From: the human T2T-CHM13v2.0 reference genome, Homo sapiens
Strand: one strand, 5' to 3'
NCBI RefSeq assembly: GCF_009914755.1
Contig: NC_060942.1
DNA length: 64,000 bases
The notes beneath the pieces were generated by a model, which was given only the letters and a program-made list of their open reading frames with translations, did not search any database and was not told the origin of the DNA. This document shows positions 1 through 13,532 of this stretch, piece by piece (positions within the stretch are counted from its first letter, which is position 1; each line of letters starts with the position of its first letter). The translations under genes and the position numbers were made by a program.

Positions 1-1458
1 TTCAGGCATGTTTAAAATGTAAACAGCTGTTAGGACTGTATCATTTGAAGTTGTCATAAAACCTATTAAAAGCTAAAGTTTCATCAACATTAAATCCACC
101 CCTAACTTCAAGCTTAAAATATGCTTATAAAATCCTTTGGGCATATTAGTCAATTTCAATACAACACAGAAATTCAAACAATAAACAACTGAGTACAATT
201 TTAAGTGACTTATTGCTAGTTGAAAGTGACTATACACCATTGGCAATCTTATTTACACAATATTTTTCTATATTTATGAATAATTTTGTGATGCTTCTTC
301 AACATCACCAACTCTATGATAATCAGCATACAAAATTTACTCTTTTTCCTGATAAGACTTATTCTGATATATTCATTTAATAATTGTTTGGATGAGCTGA
401 ACTGAAATCAAGTCAAATACACAGGTGTTTGGGTTAATCTAATCTTAGCACATTTGCAAGACCTATTATTCTTCTAATACATTAAAAATGAAATGAAACT
501 AATATGCAAGCATTGATTGGTAATATACTTTAAGAAATCTAAATATGATTTTATATTAAAGTATAAAAACAATAAGTCTCAGCATTCTTTTCAAAGAATA
601 CTAGTACTCTACAGAATTAAATCAAAACTTTATATCACAGCAAGGAAGAATGAAAAAAAGGAGGAAGGATAAAGAAACAAAGAAAGAAGAGAGGAAACTA
701 TGTTTTCATTTTATATGAGGAGAAAATTACTAGAAATGGACTAGTCCTAAATAAAATTAAATACAATTATCTAGGAACGTAAGAATTCAAAATATGATAT
801 CATGTATTGAGTTGTGATCACAACCAACTTTTGCTGTACTAGGGACCTGGGGGTGGGTGGGGGATATCAGCAACTTCTGCATAGAGCTCCAGCTGTTAAA
901 AAGACCCAGAATGCTCTTGGTTACAGCTGACTACTTCTAGTTGTCACCTGGTAGTAAAGACACAAATGGCTACTGATGCAGCTACCTTTGCAGCCTTTAT
1001 TCAGCAACCTCTCCAGAAAATAGAGACATTCTTCCTGCACTCTGGGCTGAAACCCATGTAAATTTTTCCTAAATCCTCTCCACAAATCTCCTTTCGCATG
1101 CAAATCCATAAATCATCATAATACTGACAAAGAATTTAACCAACACATGAAACTAATACTCATTCTCTTGCAAGCCCTGTACAGGTAAAACTCCTCAAAC
1201 TTCAGGCACCTTTTCAAGGCTCTCTTTAGAGCTTAACCTGCTGAATATCAACATAACCACCCAGTCTTCCAGGATGTGCAATTAATCACTCCAATGTGGG
1301 TCAGGTGGCTGGATGTGCAGGTCATTTCTACCTCATCCACCTTCTAGATAAACGTGCTGCTCTGGGCGCATGGAAACTCATTTACTTCTATCTCCTTCCC
1401 ATCAATACAAAACAGAACAAAATAAGCAATATACAAAGCAGAAACAAGCAGTACTTAC

Positions 1459-1508
1459 TGAAGATGGCAAACCTGGAGGAACTTTTCGAACTTTCTTTGT
1501 CTGTACCT
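1459..1508 (-). CDS. TCF4: TCF4 internal coding exon (50 nt; RefSeq exon 8 as recalled), EVQTKKVRKVPPGLPSS, second half of the bipartite NLS
   Basis: Minus strand reads ttttctttcag|AGGTACAGACAAAGAAAGTTCGAAAAGTTCCTCCAGGTTTGCCATCTTCA|gtaagt. Phase 1 in, phase 0 out. KKVRKVPPGLPSS is the conserved E-protein motif. Confidence 0.97.
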
Positions 1509-1947
1509 CTGAAAGAAAATGAAGATGCTTTCAGCTCCCAAATGCCCATTTTCCTAACTAAGATAGGTTAAACCACAAAGACTTCTAGATGATACCACAT
1601 TTCCTTAAATCATTACCTTAGCAAACTGTAGTTACCACGATCACATTCGATTCTAGCAGAAATCAAATTCTGCTTTGTTCATAAAAATGAAGATATTTAA
1701 CTTTTTGCTACTTTGATCTTTTAATAGCTTCCTTATGGGTGCAGCTAAGAGAAAACTAGACATAAGCAGACACCAAAAAAGTTCTGCTACCATAAGCTGT
1801 TAACGTACCTACTCAGTGTACTAGGGGGGAAGTCTCCAGGCTGACAACTGAGCCAAATTTTATGGTTTTCTTGGGGTGGGAGGTAGGATGGGGGGGCGAT
1901 ATTTTAAAGAAAGAAAGAAAAAAAGAAAAAGGCATAATCATCCCTCA

Positions 1948-2103
<156 letters not shown>

Positions 2104-5100
2104 CTAAAAGGTTAAAAAGGGAAAACAAACATATAAGGTTAATTTTTTACTTTCACCACCTCCCAACTGATTGTTAGTACTTAAACCAATGCAATAAAGC
2201 AAACAGCATCTGCTAAGCTGAGACAATTAAAACAAAACAAAAACCCAAAAGAAAGGCAGTCTAAGAAGCTATCACAAAGTTTGTGAATTTTTAATTCTTT
2301 ACTTTTAGGAGGAAAGTAGATGATTCCCTTTAAACAATATTTTTTTAAGTCTTTTAAGATGACTCACGTTTTCATTTCACAAAACAAATGGCATTTATAT
2401 AAGACTAATGTTTCCTTTCTCTAGACTGAGGCTCATATCTGGGAACTATTCATCCCCTTCCTTAACAAGAAGAACCTCATTTTGTGAACGCACACAACTT
2501 CCCCTGGCTGCATACACTGGGGGTAAGTGTAGCCTATGAACTCGACTGAGAACCCTGCCTCTCTGTACCGCATATCATGATTCTCCACGAACTGACATAG
2601 CACCCACAGAAGAGAAAATGCCAACTGAACCAAGAGGAAATTCAAATCCTCACACTAACTCTCAAAATTACAGAAATAGCAGATATTCCAAGCTAACAGC
2701 CACAAAGGACTTCAGAATGCCCTCTTGAGGTCTATCGGAAGCTAAGACACATCCCACAGATTAAACATTTACCTGAACACTAGAAAACTTCCACAATAAC
2801 CTATCACAGTGTGACAATTATTAAACTTCTAAAAATGATGACATCAGAAAGATTATATAATATTACATTTTCTAAAAACTACATAGAAACTTACCCATAA
2901 TATATAAATCGCTTGATTATACTCTGCATTGAACACATTGTTCTTTTAATTATTCTGATATGCAATAAAACAAGAGTAGATAGTACCATTTATATTAAGA
3001 ACAAATTTACTATTTAATAAAGAAATTTTAAAATTAAGTACTAAAAATCTAACTTTATCGTTACTTGTAATCAACTTTTACTGACTGAACTAATTACTGT
3101 CCTTGATAAAGTACAGAATGTGTTTTCCCTAATCTAAATTCTAATCACCATGTCACTCACAACAGACTTAGGGATGCTTCACTAACACACTATTCACATG
3201 CAAAATACTCTAAATAGGCCAATTATGACTCTGCCCCTGTTCCCTGGTTAACCCGCTGAGAACTGAAAAATTTCACAAGGCAGTCACCAACTAAAACAAA
3301 GGGTCCTTGTTTTAAATTAAGACAGTCTTTTTGATTCCTAAATAGCTCAACAAAGTGGCATGTCTTCTAGTGAAAGCAGTTGGTCAAATATGACCCATAA
3401 GCTGGAAAATCAAAAATTCAAACCTCCCCTTTCCACCGCCATATAGCTAAATATCATAAAGAGAACCTCTCTATTCCAAGGGGTTTTTCTGAGTGTTGGA
3501 TGAGTCATATATAAAGGACTAATCAGCTACTGACAAGCTCGCCTTTACTGATTCCAGTTTAAGACTTTTTCAAGAGATATGTAATAAACATTACTTCAAA
3601 ATACAACTTCAAGGATGAGATTTCAGATTGAAAGCACATTTTGAGTAATAAACTCATTGCTAGTATCTTAATGTTTACCACATAAATACCTGATAAAACC
3701 AGATTTATCAGATAAAAATCTGACATCTGCATGCTCAACTATTGCCTCTTTTGAACTTATGAGACATATTAAAACACTACACAATGACAAACTAAAACAT
3801 AAGGCTTATTATAATAAAGTTTTGCATAAATCAGAAATCTAGTAACAAATAATTTATCATTTAGGAGTGGCATTCAAAAGTTTTTGAATCTCAACCTAAA
3901 TTTCACTCTTCGCATTTCTTATTAACAAAGAAAGTTACAGTGAAGTCTGTGTCCAAGTTTTCTTTGAAATTTCCATCAATAAAGCTGTGAATGATTTGAA
4001 ATCACAACCTCCTTACAGTTTGGTAAATCTACGAATGAGTCTTCATTTCATTGGAAAGAGGAGTTTGAAAATAACTTTGTATTCTAGACACAAATCACCC
4101 CTATTTCTTCATTTTTCTTTCTCTAGAAGTATATTAAATATTCAGAAAACGGCTAAGCAAATATGTTGAAATGCTTGCTTGTGTTTTTAAATGAGTTTAA
4201 CCATTGGTTAATTCCTCTTGGTCCTGGTGGCAAAGGTTTTCACTCTCAAGAAATTAAATGCATTCAAGGGGTCAACCTAAAAACACACACTTGCTATACT
4301 GTCTTTTAGCAGCATTCACAATAGAGCTGTGAAAAATATAAAATAACTACAAAACAGCTACAGGCTGTGGTTGACCTTATTGTTGTTAACTTAAAAGAAA
4401 ATAATTTCATGGGCCAGTCATAATAAATCACGCATCCAACTCTTACATATGCAGGCGCAAGGACTATGTGCAGTAACATAGCACTAGGACCAGATAGCAC
4501 TTACAAACCTTTAGTGGTTCCTGTTAATCTTTATTTTTTTCACAAAGCACATTCCTGTTTCTTTCTCCTTAGACCTGTTTGTTCCTATTTCTTTCTCACT
4601 TGGACAATAGAATCATTCTTCTAAAGCAACAAAAATAAACATTTCCTCACATTTAAGGGGGCCCTAAACACCTCCTTAGGGAAAATGAAGATAAAAATAT
4701 ATGTGTTCTTATTGTAGAGTATACTTATAAAGCGAACAATGACCATTTACTATTGTCTGGCCTTTACGTCAGATACTTAACTCTCTGTAGCAATGAGAAA
4801 GATAAATTTTCCACTGGCTGAAAAACCTGAGTTTATGAATTTTAAAAAGTGAATGGCGTTTGATTTAAAGTAAATTAAATTTTGCACAAAATGGATAAGG
4901 TATTTGTTTATATTATGAATTTACCTGCATATATAGATATAGCTCTGAAGACAAGTTTCTGCTTAATAAAAGTTAAGCTTGAAAACTACATCTACTTTCA
5001 AAATGGGCAAATTCATCCTGGCCTTAAATAGGATTATAATGGTTTTAGGTTTTTCACATTGTGCAAGCTCATGTTCTGCGGTTATGCTGGGTCCCAGTAG

Positions 5101-7059
5101 TAGGCTGCCCGAATCTGCCAGGAAACACTGGAGGCAGATGTGGCATCTGGCAGAGCTAACCTGTAAATCTTAAACCCATAGTTTAGCATTTTGCTTAACT
5201 GTCCACAGTGTGATGAGACAAGCCCTTCCCCTTACTCGCTCCTAATTTTTTTTCCCAAAAGACCTAAAATACTGTAACCAAAGAATAAAACACACTGACT
5301 TTATCAACCAGGTTGGAATGTTTTGGGGTTCACCCTCTGCAGCCAATTCCCCTGCAAATGGCCATTCCTAACTTGGCCATTCAAATCCCCAAATACAGCA
5401 CTCTGTGAGTGTCTTTTTCAATTAAAATTTTGTTGTTTGTTTTACATCGGATTTGTTTGTTTTACATCAGATATAGGTCTCAGAATGTCTTTCGAACACA
5501 TTCTCAACCCTGCCCCCATTCCTTTTCAGGGGAGCTTCTTAACAGCCTTGATCAACCACTGAACTTTGCTTATACAACCAAGAAAGCAAACCATGAATTA
5601 AACTTGAGTAACAGAAAAGCAGCATATATCTCAAATTAGATTTATAACTGAATGGTAATCAAAAATAGAACTCACTGCTTGAAGCTTAAATTATCAACTT
5701 TTTTCTAGTTAAACTAAAATCATCTTGCTCTGAACTATTATTTCATTTCAGTCAGCACTTTAAATGTAATGGGTGGGTGGTACATTTCTAAAAAGGAAGA
5801 TTATATTTACACTTAATTATAGATATGACTGAGATCAGAGTACGATGAATACTGCTTTTTTGGCTTATAATTAATGCATCTAATAGGTGAATGACCTTGA
5901 ATTTCAGAGTTGGAAACTGGAAGAGGGGAAAAAAGAAGTAGGAGAAAGAAAATCTCTGGAGAAAAGCAAATGTGCCCCTGGTTTCTCAGGGCTTTCTCGA
6001 TTCTGCGTCACTCCCATTACGTTGTGATCCGGTATCAGACACAACATCTTGGGGGGATGTTGCAGAACAGAGAAAAGCAGTCTCAGATGAAACCAGATTA
6101 AGCTCTTTTTCTGAACTATTGCCAAATGCTTGTGAGTCTAATTCATGTTTGGGTATTCTAGTACTCACACAGCTGCAATTCCATTCTTTCATCACAAACC
6201 TAAGTGATGTATAGTGGCTTTGTATGGTGAACTGACTCTATAAAGCCAGGATTTTTTAAAATGTTAATATGGAAAAAAATTCTGAACCACTATAAAACTT
6301 ATGAATGCAAAATATATGTGTAGGTATCTACCAGACTTTGTGGCATTAAATGCAAAATACACATTGAGTGAAATTACAAGTTAGATTTGTTTAAAATACC
6401 TTTTATCACAACCTAGGTCATTTCTACATAGCTAATTCTGCACAGAATCGGGTTTTCAAAGACACTGCTGAATAAGATTCCTAACAGCCATGGGGAAGTT
6501 TCTGTAAATCCCTGTCGAATAGTTGCTGCTGAATGTGCCATTCTGACCACAGAAGGGCCATTGCTGACTTACTACAGTAGCAGGAGGGGGGCGATAATTT
6601 TGCTGCTGTTGGCACTTACTCTGCAACCTAGAATATATCTCGCACCAAAGGGCAATGAAGAACACAGTATTTCCACCTGTCCACTTTTGAACTTCAAAGC
6701 TCAAAATTGAAGGTCAGTCTTTGGACAGTCTTCTTTCCTGATTCCTGAAGGTCCAAGAGTACACCTTTATAATTTATTTTTATTTCTGTCCTATGCTTGG
6801 TTTCAACAAAAGAGGACTTGGGTAACTTACAAAGACCAAGATATCTTGCAAATCAGGGACTTAAAAAACTGCTGTGCTGCAGAGAAATACAAATTACTGA
6901 AATTATTATTTAGCAAACATTTTTAAAGGTTTTTTGTCAGTGTTTTTTATTTCTACATTAAACATATCATGCACATTGTGTCTGTAACAAGTCAGAAGTA
7001 GAAGTCAAATCTATTAAGGAAAGAGGGAGGGCTTTAAGGTCAGACCAATCTGGTTGAAC

Positions 7060-7235
7060 CTTAGCTCAAAGAAATACAGACAATGTATTTGGGGGTGAGT
7101 TATGCAACTGCTCTAAACCATACTTTCTTCCCGTGTAAAAAGGGACTAATAAGAGCTCTATCATAGGGTTATCAGGAATAGATGAAACAACATATGTAAA
7201 ATGTTCCGCAGAGCCAGGGTCCAGCACAGAGCTTA
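7060..7235 (+). mobile_element. MIR SINE
   Basis: Degenerate MIR core (tttcttcccgtgtaaaagggactaataag...atagggttatcaggaatagatgaaac...tatgtaaaatg). Confidence 0.6.
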
Positions 7236-8093
7236 CCTCTTTCTTATGTCCCACACAAAACAGTCCCATATTACAATCCACTGATTATTATTGAAAAGAT
7301 GCACCAAAAGTTATGAGTGATCATTAGATTCTCTATTTTCAGATTAAAAAGTACAAGCTGTGATAATAATTTGGAAAAGTTACTATAAAAAGTTAAAAAT
7401 GAGTTATATATGGGAGTCTACATAACAAAGATGATAGCCTTATGGCCTAGAGCTACACTGGCAACAAGAAATGACTAGGTTTTTTCCATATTTAATAAAG
7501 AAATTGCCCAACAATCTTCATAATTAAATTTAAGTGGCCATGTTCCTGGAAATGCCACAAGGATGAGTTCAGTGGCTCCTTTAATTTTGCTTTTGCACGC
7601 ATGAGCAAACTGCTACTGTTAATTCAACTATAGGTAAGATCAAAACTAGTTACAGTTAACCAACTAGATATACAAAAATAAGAAATGTGTTATATGCGAT
7701 AGAATTTCATAAATCTTGTGATGTTACATTCGAACTCTTGCTACAGTATTGGTCACTGATAAATAACCTCAAATATGGTTCAATTTTGTGTTTTGCCACT
7801 TACGAGGGTAATTATAGGCATTTAATGAATTATTATGTTATACTTATCAAGCGTTGTTTTAAAAAAAATCTTTTACTTCTCCATGACATCACAAAAAAAT
7901 AAAAATAAATGAATGCACTCCATAGGTTTGGTTGGAAATGTACGTAATTCCCAAAGAAATCAATTGCCTTAAACAAAATTATTTATTTTAGTAGTGATTG
8001 TATTTCACCAAACACTCAAAAATTCAAATACATTGTCTTTCCTTATAAGGAAACACACCACCTTATATTTAAATGTCATAATGTGATGCAAAG

Positions 8094-8107
8094 GTTGCCA
8101 TGGTAAC
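8094..8107. promoter_or_regulatory. RFX X-box palindrome GTTGCCATGGTAAC
   Basis: Full match to GTTRCCATGGYAAC in unique sequence. Confidence 0.55.
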
Positions 8108-9539
8108 TAGTACTTAATGTATAACAGAGTAACAGTCAAGTAAAGACTCATGCATTTTGGTATGGAAATTACAACTGCCCAAGGGTTGGCCAGGTTTACG
8201 CATATACCTATTTGACTCTCATATTTTTAAAAAAGAATATATTATTTATTGTATACACTAAAGCGAGGAGGTTTTTTGATGGTTTCTGAAAATCCATTCT
8301 GGAATCCCAGGTCATCTATTATATATTAAAAGGGGGATTATATTTGTTGGCGGGAAGGTAGAAATTTAGCAAAAAGAAAACATTGAGACAATCAGTAACC
8401 TATAATAAAAAATGGATTTGAAGAAATCTTATGTAAACAATACAGAATTTAAGAAAACTATCTTCTTTGTCAGTTTAAGCTCCTTCTCAGTTCAGGAAGT
8501 TCATTTAATATATAATTCACTATGTAGTGAGTTGATATGCTATAATCACTACTTGCCTTAAAAATGTTTCCTTCAGCAATTTTGTGCCAAAGTAAAAATA
8601 GAACAATTTGAATATGACCTGTTAACATACTAGGGAATTAGCAACACTTTTGCTATAAATATAAACAAGTAGCTATAATAAATGTGCTGAAAAATATATT
8701 TGGCCAGGTTGCTATTTTAGCAAAATAAAGGCATATCAAACTGTCACAAGTCAGTCTTCATCATATTGGGTGGAAGTTCCATTTCAAGGTTGTTGTAAAT
8801 ATCTGCCCCTCTGAGCAACGATATATGACAGCCATTTTTATGTAGGTTGGCCTCCCTGGAAACAGGAACCAGGGTCATGTGGCCTACCCAGCACCCCACA
8901 TAAAGGCTCAATTATAGCCTAATGGCCAACTCTGTAAGATATCACTATAACAAAGTGTCCCGCTAACAATCTGAACCTGTAAATAAGGTGACACCTCCAT
9001 CACATGATGGGCGGAAATTGAGATTATCTGGAGAAGTAGTAAATGCTCAATGTAATCTTCAACTCATCCTGAAATTATTTAAGTCCTGACATTCCTTCCA
9101 AAGCTATGCACAGCTTCAAGCCAGTCTGCACTCGATGAGCACTAACTCTTTCCCTCCCAAGATTCTTTCTTGAATATCTGACCAAGAGTATATGGCGTAA
9201 AGGTCAAACTAGAGGATATGGCAGCTAAAAGAGGAAATGACTTCTTCATGTTTTAACTTTCTACAGTGCCTGGCGCAGAGACCTGCCATGGCACATGCTC
9301 ACTAAATATTGAAGTAAATGCAGAACTAATGCTATTGATCAAATCGAGGTCTTAAATAACTACTGTGCTTCTGTTTTTTAGCATAAATCTTATCTTTGAG
9401 GCATTCCAACTACTACTGCTGCTCATCATAACCACCATAGTATTAGCATAGGTAGTAATAGTAGTATGAGGAGGAGGATGGGTGGATGTGAATATAAGAA
9501 GAGTGGCAAGGACGGTAGGTATAGCAGGAGCAGCAGCAG

Positions 9540-9750
9540 CTACAAGTCACAGTGTCTGCTAAGTGCCAGGCACAGGTGCAGATCCTTTACATGCTAACAA
9601 GGCAGATGCTACAAACCCCAATGTACAGATGGGGACATTCAGAGTGGTTATGTGACCTGACCAATGCCATGTGGCTGGCAAGCAGTGGAGCCAAGCTGGG
9701 AATTCAGTTAGGCTTGACTTCAAAGCCTATGCTAGTTCTCTGCTCCACAC
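9540..9750 (-). mobile_element. MIR SINE
   Basis: taagtgccaggcac...tgtacagatggggac...agagtggttatgtgacctg...ggaattc...tgacttcaaagcc. Confidence 0.65.
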
Positions 9751-9879
9751 TCACCCGCTATCTTCTGTAAACTTGTTTTTTCTCCCTCTCCCACAACCAT
9801 TAGAAGGCTCATTTTTAAGTCAAGAGCTTATCCTAAAATTTACTTCATAGGAGCCCATCTAATTAAGTAGGGTCAGACA

Positions 9880-10040
9880 AGCCCTGGTGTGAGTGCCACT
9901 TACCCCCTGGATAATCCTGGACAATCTGTCTAACCTTGGTGGGCAAAACTCCTTGCCTGGGAAATGTTGTATAAGAGTGCCTACCCATGGTAAGAATTCA
10001 GTTAGATAATACAAAGTGCTTAGCAAAGTTCCTAGCACTT
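9880..10040 (+). mobile_element. MIR SINE
   Basis: tgccacttac...ctggacaa...taacctt...gtgcctacc...ttagataatacaaagtgcttagcaaagttcctagcac. Confidence 0.55.
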
Positions 10041-11605
10041 ACTGAGGCTTAATTGTAAGGAGTATATTTAAATATGTTGTACATTTTAAAATCTTACTAT
10101 ATACTAATACAGAATGTGTTATATTATAATGTAAGTTTGGAAGAAATGATGTGATGTATGGTATATAAGTCATGCATAGATAGATTATATATATTTCTAA
10201 TAGGCCCAAGACATGTGAGGCTGTAGAACAGCATGCCCGCTTGGACAACTGAAATTTCAGTTCTTTAGTCTGATCCTCCCAATATCTCCACCTCTGCTCT
10301 CCACAGCTGCCTGCCATTCATCTTTAATCTTGATCTCCACAATGGGGTCAATCATCTTCTCTAAAAAGTTTCAAATTATTTTTCTTTTTGTTTATTATTA
10401 TTTCTTTTCCCCCAGTCTTCTTTCATTTCAGTCCTCTTCCTTCTAGACGTTTCCTTCCACTTCATCTGAAAAATTCAACTGTTGTAACATTTATAGCCTT
10501 GTATGGAAAGTAACTCTTTTTCCTCCTTTCTAATCTGTGGGATCCTCAAGCGCAGAAAGTGAACTCTGATCATCTTTGTATTCCTGGCATCCAACAGGGT
10601 GGGCCCCGGTACACAGTATGCCCTCAGTAAAGGCCAACTGGATAAAATAATTTATTAGCTATGGAAGATGCTTGCATGATTTCAACCATCCCTAGTATAA
10701 ATATGCCTTCTCCATCTCTACCCAGTAGACACGTAATTCCTCCATCTCTATATTCAGTCTTGTCCTCAGCGTTCCTCCTGTGCCTCTGGAGTGGTTTTTA
10801 AGAACATCACCTCATGAATGCTTCATACAAAACATAAAATTTGATCCTTAATATGCAAAAGGCTCAATGCCTCTTTTCCACAAAACTTCTGCTGATTCCT
10901 AATTACACTCTCAGTCCTTTAAAGTACATTTGAAGAGTAAGAACTTGTAATGTCTGTGAGGAAATCAGTTGTATGTTTTTCTAGACACATGATGGCTTAC
11001 CTTTGTTCTTATCTATGACAGGTTTGGTTGAAAATGGTTAAATTTCTATAGTACATGGGGCTATTAAATGGTTCATCATTCACCCAAAGGGCCCGGTTCT
11101 AAAAAGAATTTGGAACAGGTGGGATAATGCAAGCCCTGCCCAGGAGAAACAGATTCAGTAGTGCCGTATTCTTTCAGTAGAAGAAACATTGCAGGAGAGA
11201 GGACAAAGAAATGGCAAGAGAAGGGAATGGTTATTGTGGGAACATAGCATATGAAATAGGTTAGGAGAACTTAAAACAGCTGGCTAAAAAAATGACTTCC
11301 CTTAGTAGGTAGCAAGGAAGTCTTAACATGACATTGAGCACTTGGAATCTACCTTCTTAACTACTGACAATAGGCTGGGTCAGCTAGGGTCAAAGCCACA
11401 AAAATAGCCATAGGAGACTAGAGACAGAACTTAGATAATCAAGACAACAACTTAAGAATTGAATTAAAATTTTGGTGTGTTTCTTCATAGGAAGTGATAT
11501 GGCCCCATTTTTCTTAGGCTACACATGCATCAATTTGAACTCTTCCAACAATGCCAACTTTTCCAGAATGGCACCATTAAATACCTAAAAACAATCTTCT
11601 AACAC

Positions 11606-11825
11606 TGAGGTCACCAAACATTTTTCTTGAAGGACCAGATAGAAAATATTTTAGTCATTGCTGGCCATGTGGTCTCTGTTGAAAACACCCAACTCTGCCA
11701 TTGTTACGCTAAATCAACCATACATAATATGTAAATAAACAGGTCAGACAGTGTTCCAGTAAAATTTTATTTATAAAAAGAAGCTGTTGGTTGGATTTGG
11801 CCTTAAGCCATAATTTGCCCGCCCC
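11606..11825 (+). mobile_element. MER58A-like hAT-Charlie DNA transposon, with its 3' end interrupted by an Alu
   Basis: gaggtcaccaaacattttt...ccagatagaaaatatttt...gtggtctctgtt...caactctgccattgt...tgttccagtaaaattttatttataaaa...ggatttggcc. The TIR-like tgctaacccct resumes after the Alu. Confidence 0.75.
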
Positions 11826-11831
11826 CCACCC

Positions 11832-12124
<293 letters not shown>

Positions 12125-12869
12125 TGCTAACCCCTTTTCTAAAAGAAAGCTACAGGACATATTCTCAACATTTGATTGCACTGCTGGGATAGAAATGTCA
12201 TGAGATTTATGGATGCTATCTTCAGACTTCCCTCTCCCCATCATCCAACCTCACCTAGAACACTGGTGCACTGTGGACAGAATTGGCCTTCTAAAATCCA
12301 GAGCTGCTCCTGTTCCTTCAAGGAGACCAAACTTCAGAGCTTGAAAATGCTGAGCCCCCAGCTCCACCCATAGCCAATCTAGTAGTAGTCTACCTCCCAG
12401 CCCTCTCTTTCCTCTTTCACACATTTCTCCACTAAGATGCACCGAATACCTACTATGGGCCAGCCACTGTTCTAGGCACTAGGAAGACAGTCCTCATCTG
12501 TCTCTTCCCTTCCCTGCAGCCTACCTATAGTCAGAGTCACATGGAATTGCTCACGGTTCCCTAATTACTCTCTTGCTCATACAAACGTTTCTCTGCACTT
12601 TTACAAAGGCTAACCCCTCTTCCTGGAAGACCCTTTCTTCCCATTCCACAGCAGAGAAGCCACTTGCAAACAACCATGAGGACTGGTCAAATGTCATCTC
12701 CTTGAGACTCCTTCCCCAGCTATGCTGGGGAGGTCCACTCCTCTACCCCGGGCTTCAGGCCACTCCCTATCACAAGGCCTTGGCATTACAGGCAGATGTG
12801 GGAGGGAATGTCCTCACTGTTGAGTCCCAAGCACCAGCCCAGGATGCCACTCAGTAAAAGGCAGCAATC

Positions 12870-13040
12870 ATACAAATAACAGCAAATATCTATACAGTGT
12901 TTGGTATGCCTCAGGCTGTTGGCTATGCAACTTATTTAATATGAAGAACCCCTCAAGGAGGGGATTCTACTAATACTGCTTTACAAATAAGGTGGGCTGA
13001 GGCAGAAATAACTGAAGTATCCACCCGAGATTATCTGAAA
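12870..13040 (-). mobile_element. MIR SINE (degenerate)
   Basis: aataacagcaaatatctat...ttatttaat...tttacaaataagg...ctgaggcaga. Confidence 0.5.
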
Positions 13041-13260
13041 AATATTCGAAGATGCATGAATAACCAAACTGTGTGAATTCCACTGATCTTTCTTACATCT
13101 TCTGGACTCACACTGTTCCTGGAAATCTCACATCTGAAATTCTCAATAATCAACTCATGCTTTTCCTGAAATCACATGCTTGGAGCCTCCCAACTGTCTT
13201 CTCCTGTCTTATCTCCAATGACTGCTAGTTTCAGAACTTCAGCTCTAGTCAAAAGAAAAT

Positions 13261-13439
13261 GGCCAGGTGTAATGGCTCATGCCTGTAATCCCAGCATTTT
13301 CAGAGGCCAAGGTGGGAGAATCACTTGAGCCCAAGAGTTCAGGAGTTGGAGGCTGCGGTGAGTTATGATCGCACCACTGCACTCCAGCCTGGGCAACAGA
13401 ATGAGACTTTGTCTCCAAAAACAAAAACAAAAAAAAAAG
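13261..13439 (+). mobile_element. Alu monomer (FRAM/AluJ-like)
   Basis: ggccaggtgtaatggctcatgcctgtaatcccagc...gcactccagcctgggcaacag with an A-rich tail; single arm only. Confidence 0.9.
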
Positions 13440-13440
13440 A

Positions 13441-13532
13441 GGAAGGAAGGAAGGAAGGAAGGAAGGAAGGAAGGAAGGAAGGAAGGAAGGAAAGAAGGAA
13501 GGAAGGAAGGAAGGAAGGAAGGAAGGAAGGAA
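13441..13532 (+). repeat. (GGAA)13 AGAA (GGAA)9 microsatellite
   Basis: Read directly. Confidence 0.97.

Noticed and set aside
921-1109. 62-aa ORF (MDLHAK...) as an independent gene
   Set aside because: No recognisable similarity. It lies in a different frame from the candidate cassette exon reported in the findings.
9528-9541. Short (GCA)n run as the TCF4 CTG18.1 repeat of Fuchs corneal dystrophy
   Set aside because: Only about four units. CTG18.1 lies near the 5' end of TCF4, outside this window.
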